64,000 bases of DNA, taken from Polyangiales bacterium. GTDB taxonomy: Bacteria; Myxococcota_A; Polyangia; Polyangiales; JADJQN01. The DNA is taken from contig CAXNJO010000003.1 of the NCBI GenBank assembly GCA_964202905.1, positions 727,776-791,775 on the forward strand. Reading direction: 5' to 3'. This document shows, piece after piece, positions 61,875 through 64,000 of this stretch. Under the pieces are notes generated by a model. That model saw only the letters and a program-made list of their open reading frames with translations. It was not told the DNA's origin and searched no databases. The position numbers were made by a program, and so were the translations under genes. Numbering within the stretch: position 1 is the stretch's first letter; each line of letters starts with the position of its first letter.

Positions 61875-62247
61875 TCACCGCGCGGCGTCGTGGGGCGCGC
61901 GCACGCGGACGTGCACGCGGTCGTCAGCGTCCTCGCCGAGCGAGAAACTCTCGTGCTCCGTCACGCGCGCGAAGCGCACACGACGCTGCCCCACGTAGAC
62001 GCCGTTCGTCGAAGCGAGGTCGAAGACCTCGATGCCGCCTTCGCAGCGCATGAGCCCGAGGTGCATGCGCGACACGCCGTCCGAGAACACCTCGCCGCGC
62101 ACGTGGCAGCGGTCGTAGCGGCCGAGGACGACGAACCCCTCGAGCTGCGCCGCGGAGAGGTGCAGCACGTCGCGCCCACGCGGCCCGCGCAGCGCGAGGG
62201 TGACGACCGAATCGTCCGGCACGGCGGACTCGAGCGCCTCGATCACT
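61875..62247 (-). pseudogene. 3' remnant of an FHA-domain gene, cut off by IS insertion
   Basis: LGRY.RC, VSRMH, DLASTNGV; composition changes abruptly upstream and there is no native start. Confidence 0.65.
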
Positions 62248-64000
62248 GCGAGGGATCTTCCAAGAGCATCGCGACTTCGGGCCAATGCTGATCGACGACT
62301 AAACCTCGATGTCGCGCCTGTCGACCTTCGAGGTATCGTGAGCCGGTCCGCGACATACTGAGTCGTCGCATCGAAGCATGAGAGTGTTGAAATTGCATGT
62401 GTCGAGCACACTTCCCCCTCTCCCCCCCCCACGGTCCGTGGCAGGCCCTGCAACGCAGCGGTGGAGGACCTCACTCACGCCGACCGCCGATCGCGTAGAG
62501 CGCTGTGCCGGGCATGACGAGAATGGATGTCCGTCGGCCTGAGCGCGCGAGAATGCCAGCGACGCAGAGGAAGGCGCGGCGTACCCAGTCCGCATGCCAC
62601 ACGACGACCTGCGGCGCGACCGCGCGCACGAAGCGACGAAGAAGGTTGAAGGCCAGCATCTTGAGCAGCAGCGTCGCGTGATTCGCGTTGAAGTGCCAAC
62701 TCGGAGTCTCGGCGATTCCCCACTGGTTCTTCCACTCGGCGATCATCGTCTCGATTCCTGCACGACCGTCGTAGCGGGCGGCGACCGCCTCTGGCGCCTC
62801 GTCGGAGTTCGTGACGTACATTCGCACGGCCCACTCTTCGCCTTCCCAGAGCGTGAGCTGCTTGCCACAGCGGTCTTCGTTCGTGCGCACGGCGACGACC
62901 CGTGGCTTGATGCCCGCGGCATGCCACGAGCCCCGCGTGAAGGGCACCTCCGCTACCTGCGTGACCGGCTTGCCGTCCGCGTCCCACTCGGTCGTGCACC
63001 ACGTGATGGTTTCGCGAGCGACCCGGCAGACGAGGTCGTCGGTGGCGCGAGCCTTGACGACGTAGACCGCGCCTGCCTCCGCGATCGCGGCCAGAATCTG
63101 CGCGCAGTCCGCCGCACTGTCGATTCGCACGAAGAGCTTCTGACGGCGCGTGAGCGTGGCCTTCACGCGCTCGACGATCTGCTTCACGGCGGGTGCGTCG
63201 TCGGCGCCGAATGTGGTGTCACCGGGCCGGAGAATCGCGGCGACGCACGTGTCGACCTCCGCGATGCGGGCGACGATCGGGTGGTAGCTCTCGCGACCGT
63301 GTGCCCTCGGGTTGTAGCCGACAGCTGCGCCCTCGCGGCTCCCGTAAACGACCTCGACAGTCGAGTCGATGTCGAGATGCACCTCTCGATGCGACTCAAG
63401 CGCATGGCCAGTGACACCATGCGTGAACATCAGCGCGTCGAGCGCACGCAGTGCGTCGACATCGAAACGCGCGAGGTCGCGATAGACGGTGTCGATGCTC
63501 GGTATGTAGCCGCCGTTGAGCAGGACGAAGAGCGGGTCCGCCGACAACGCTTCGATGTCGAACACGCGCGTTGCCCCGACGGCCTGCGCGTCGATGAGCA
63601 AGCGCAGCTGTCCGGCCATCGGATAGACGACCCGCGGACCGTCCTTGAGCCGGTTCGCGATGTGCGCGAGATCCCGGCCGAGCCCGAGTTCGTCGACGAA
63701 GCCCGCGAACGTCGCGAGCCCAGCCATGTTGGTCAGCTTCGCAGACGTCGCACCCAGGCCCAGCCTGCGAGCCTCCCGCCGCTTCACCTGTCGGCTCTGG
63801 GCTTGCAGCGCGTGCCCTGCACCTCGCTGTCCGCCCATCGCATCGCGCCTCACCTTGCAGGTGCCCAAAAGCTTCGCTGTGCTCGTCATCATGCGCGCTA
63901 CAACGCCCGAGGCGATCGACGGATTCCCTTGCAGAACAACGTTTCTCACGATTCTTTCTCAGCTCGCACGGCAAATGGTAGCCGCGACGGAGCGAAAGCT
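62248..64000 (-). mobile_element. IS1380-family insertion sequence (ends approximate; may extend past the window)
   Basis: Lower-GC segment containing the transposase. Confidence 0.7.
62471..63949 (-). CDS. IS1380-family DDE transposase
   Basis: T..AGL, LDIDST, GYNP...SYHP, LRPG, RIDS, Y..R..IE..I.E.K. Confidence 0.88.
   Translation of the reverse strand: MRNVVLQGNPSIASGVVARMMTSTAKLLGTCKVRRDAMGGQRGAGHALQAQSRQVKRREARRLGLGATSAKLTNMAGLATFAGFVDELGLGRDLAHIANRLKDGPRVVYPMAGQLRLLIDAQAVGATRVFDIEALSADPLFVLLNGGYIPSIDTVYRDLARFDVDALRALDALMFTHGVTGHALESHREVHLDIDSTVEVVYGSREGAAVGYNPRAHGRESYHPIVARIAEVDTCVAAILRPGDTTFGADDAPAVKQIVERVKATLTRRQKLFVRIDSAADCAQILAAIAEAGAVYVVKARATDDLVCRVARETITWCTTEWDADGKPVTQVAEVPFTRGSWHAAGIKPRVVAVRTNEDRCGKQLTLWEGEEWAVRMYVTNSDEAPEAVAARYDGRAGIETMIAEWKNQWGIAETPSWHFNANHATLLLKMLAFNLLRRFVRAVAPQVVVWHADWVRRAFLCVAGILARSGRRTSILVMPGTALYAIGGRRE

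Overview
Very GC-rich bacterial window. Composition and gene families suggest Myxococcota (Polyangiales/Sandaracinaceae-like), but this is inference. Layout: 1-7 kb nonulosonic (pseudaminic-type) sugar genes (flippase end, pseB, GNAT, pseI, SpsF/PseF-PseG fusion, GT4); 7-17.7 kb accessory genes (nuclease, tandem FadL porins, lipoprotein, thioesterase, DedA, methyltransferases, DEAD-box helicase); 17.7-60.6 kb an essentially complete flagellar cluster with a c-di-GMP module, motAB, fliCDST, flgA-N, fliE-R, flhABFG, fliA and a sigma54 activator; then msrB, a cupin and an FHA gene cut by an IS1380-family element. Main findings: a full flagellum in an apparent myxobacterium, a single-polypeptide CsrA-FliW fusion, a FlgJ with a Cys/His peptidase-like domain, three sigma28 promoters, and four sigma54 promoters whose start codons sit at the predicted +1 (apparently leaderless). 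Several single frameshifts are probably sequencing errors.
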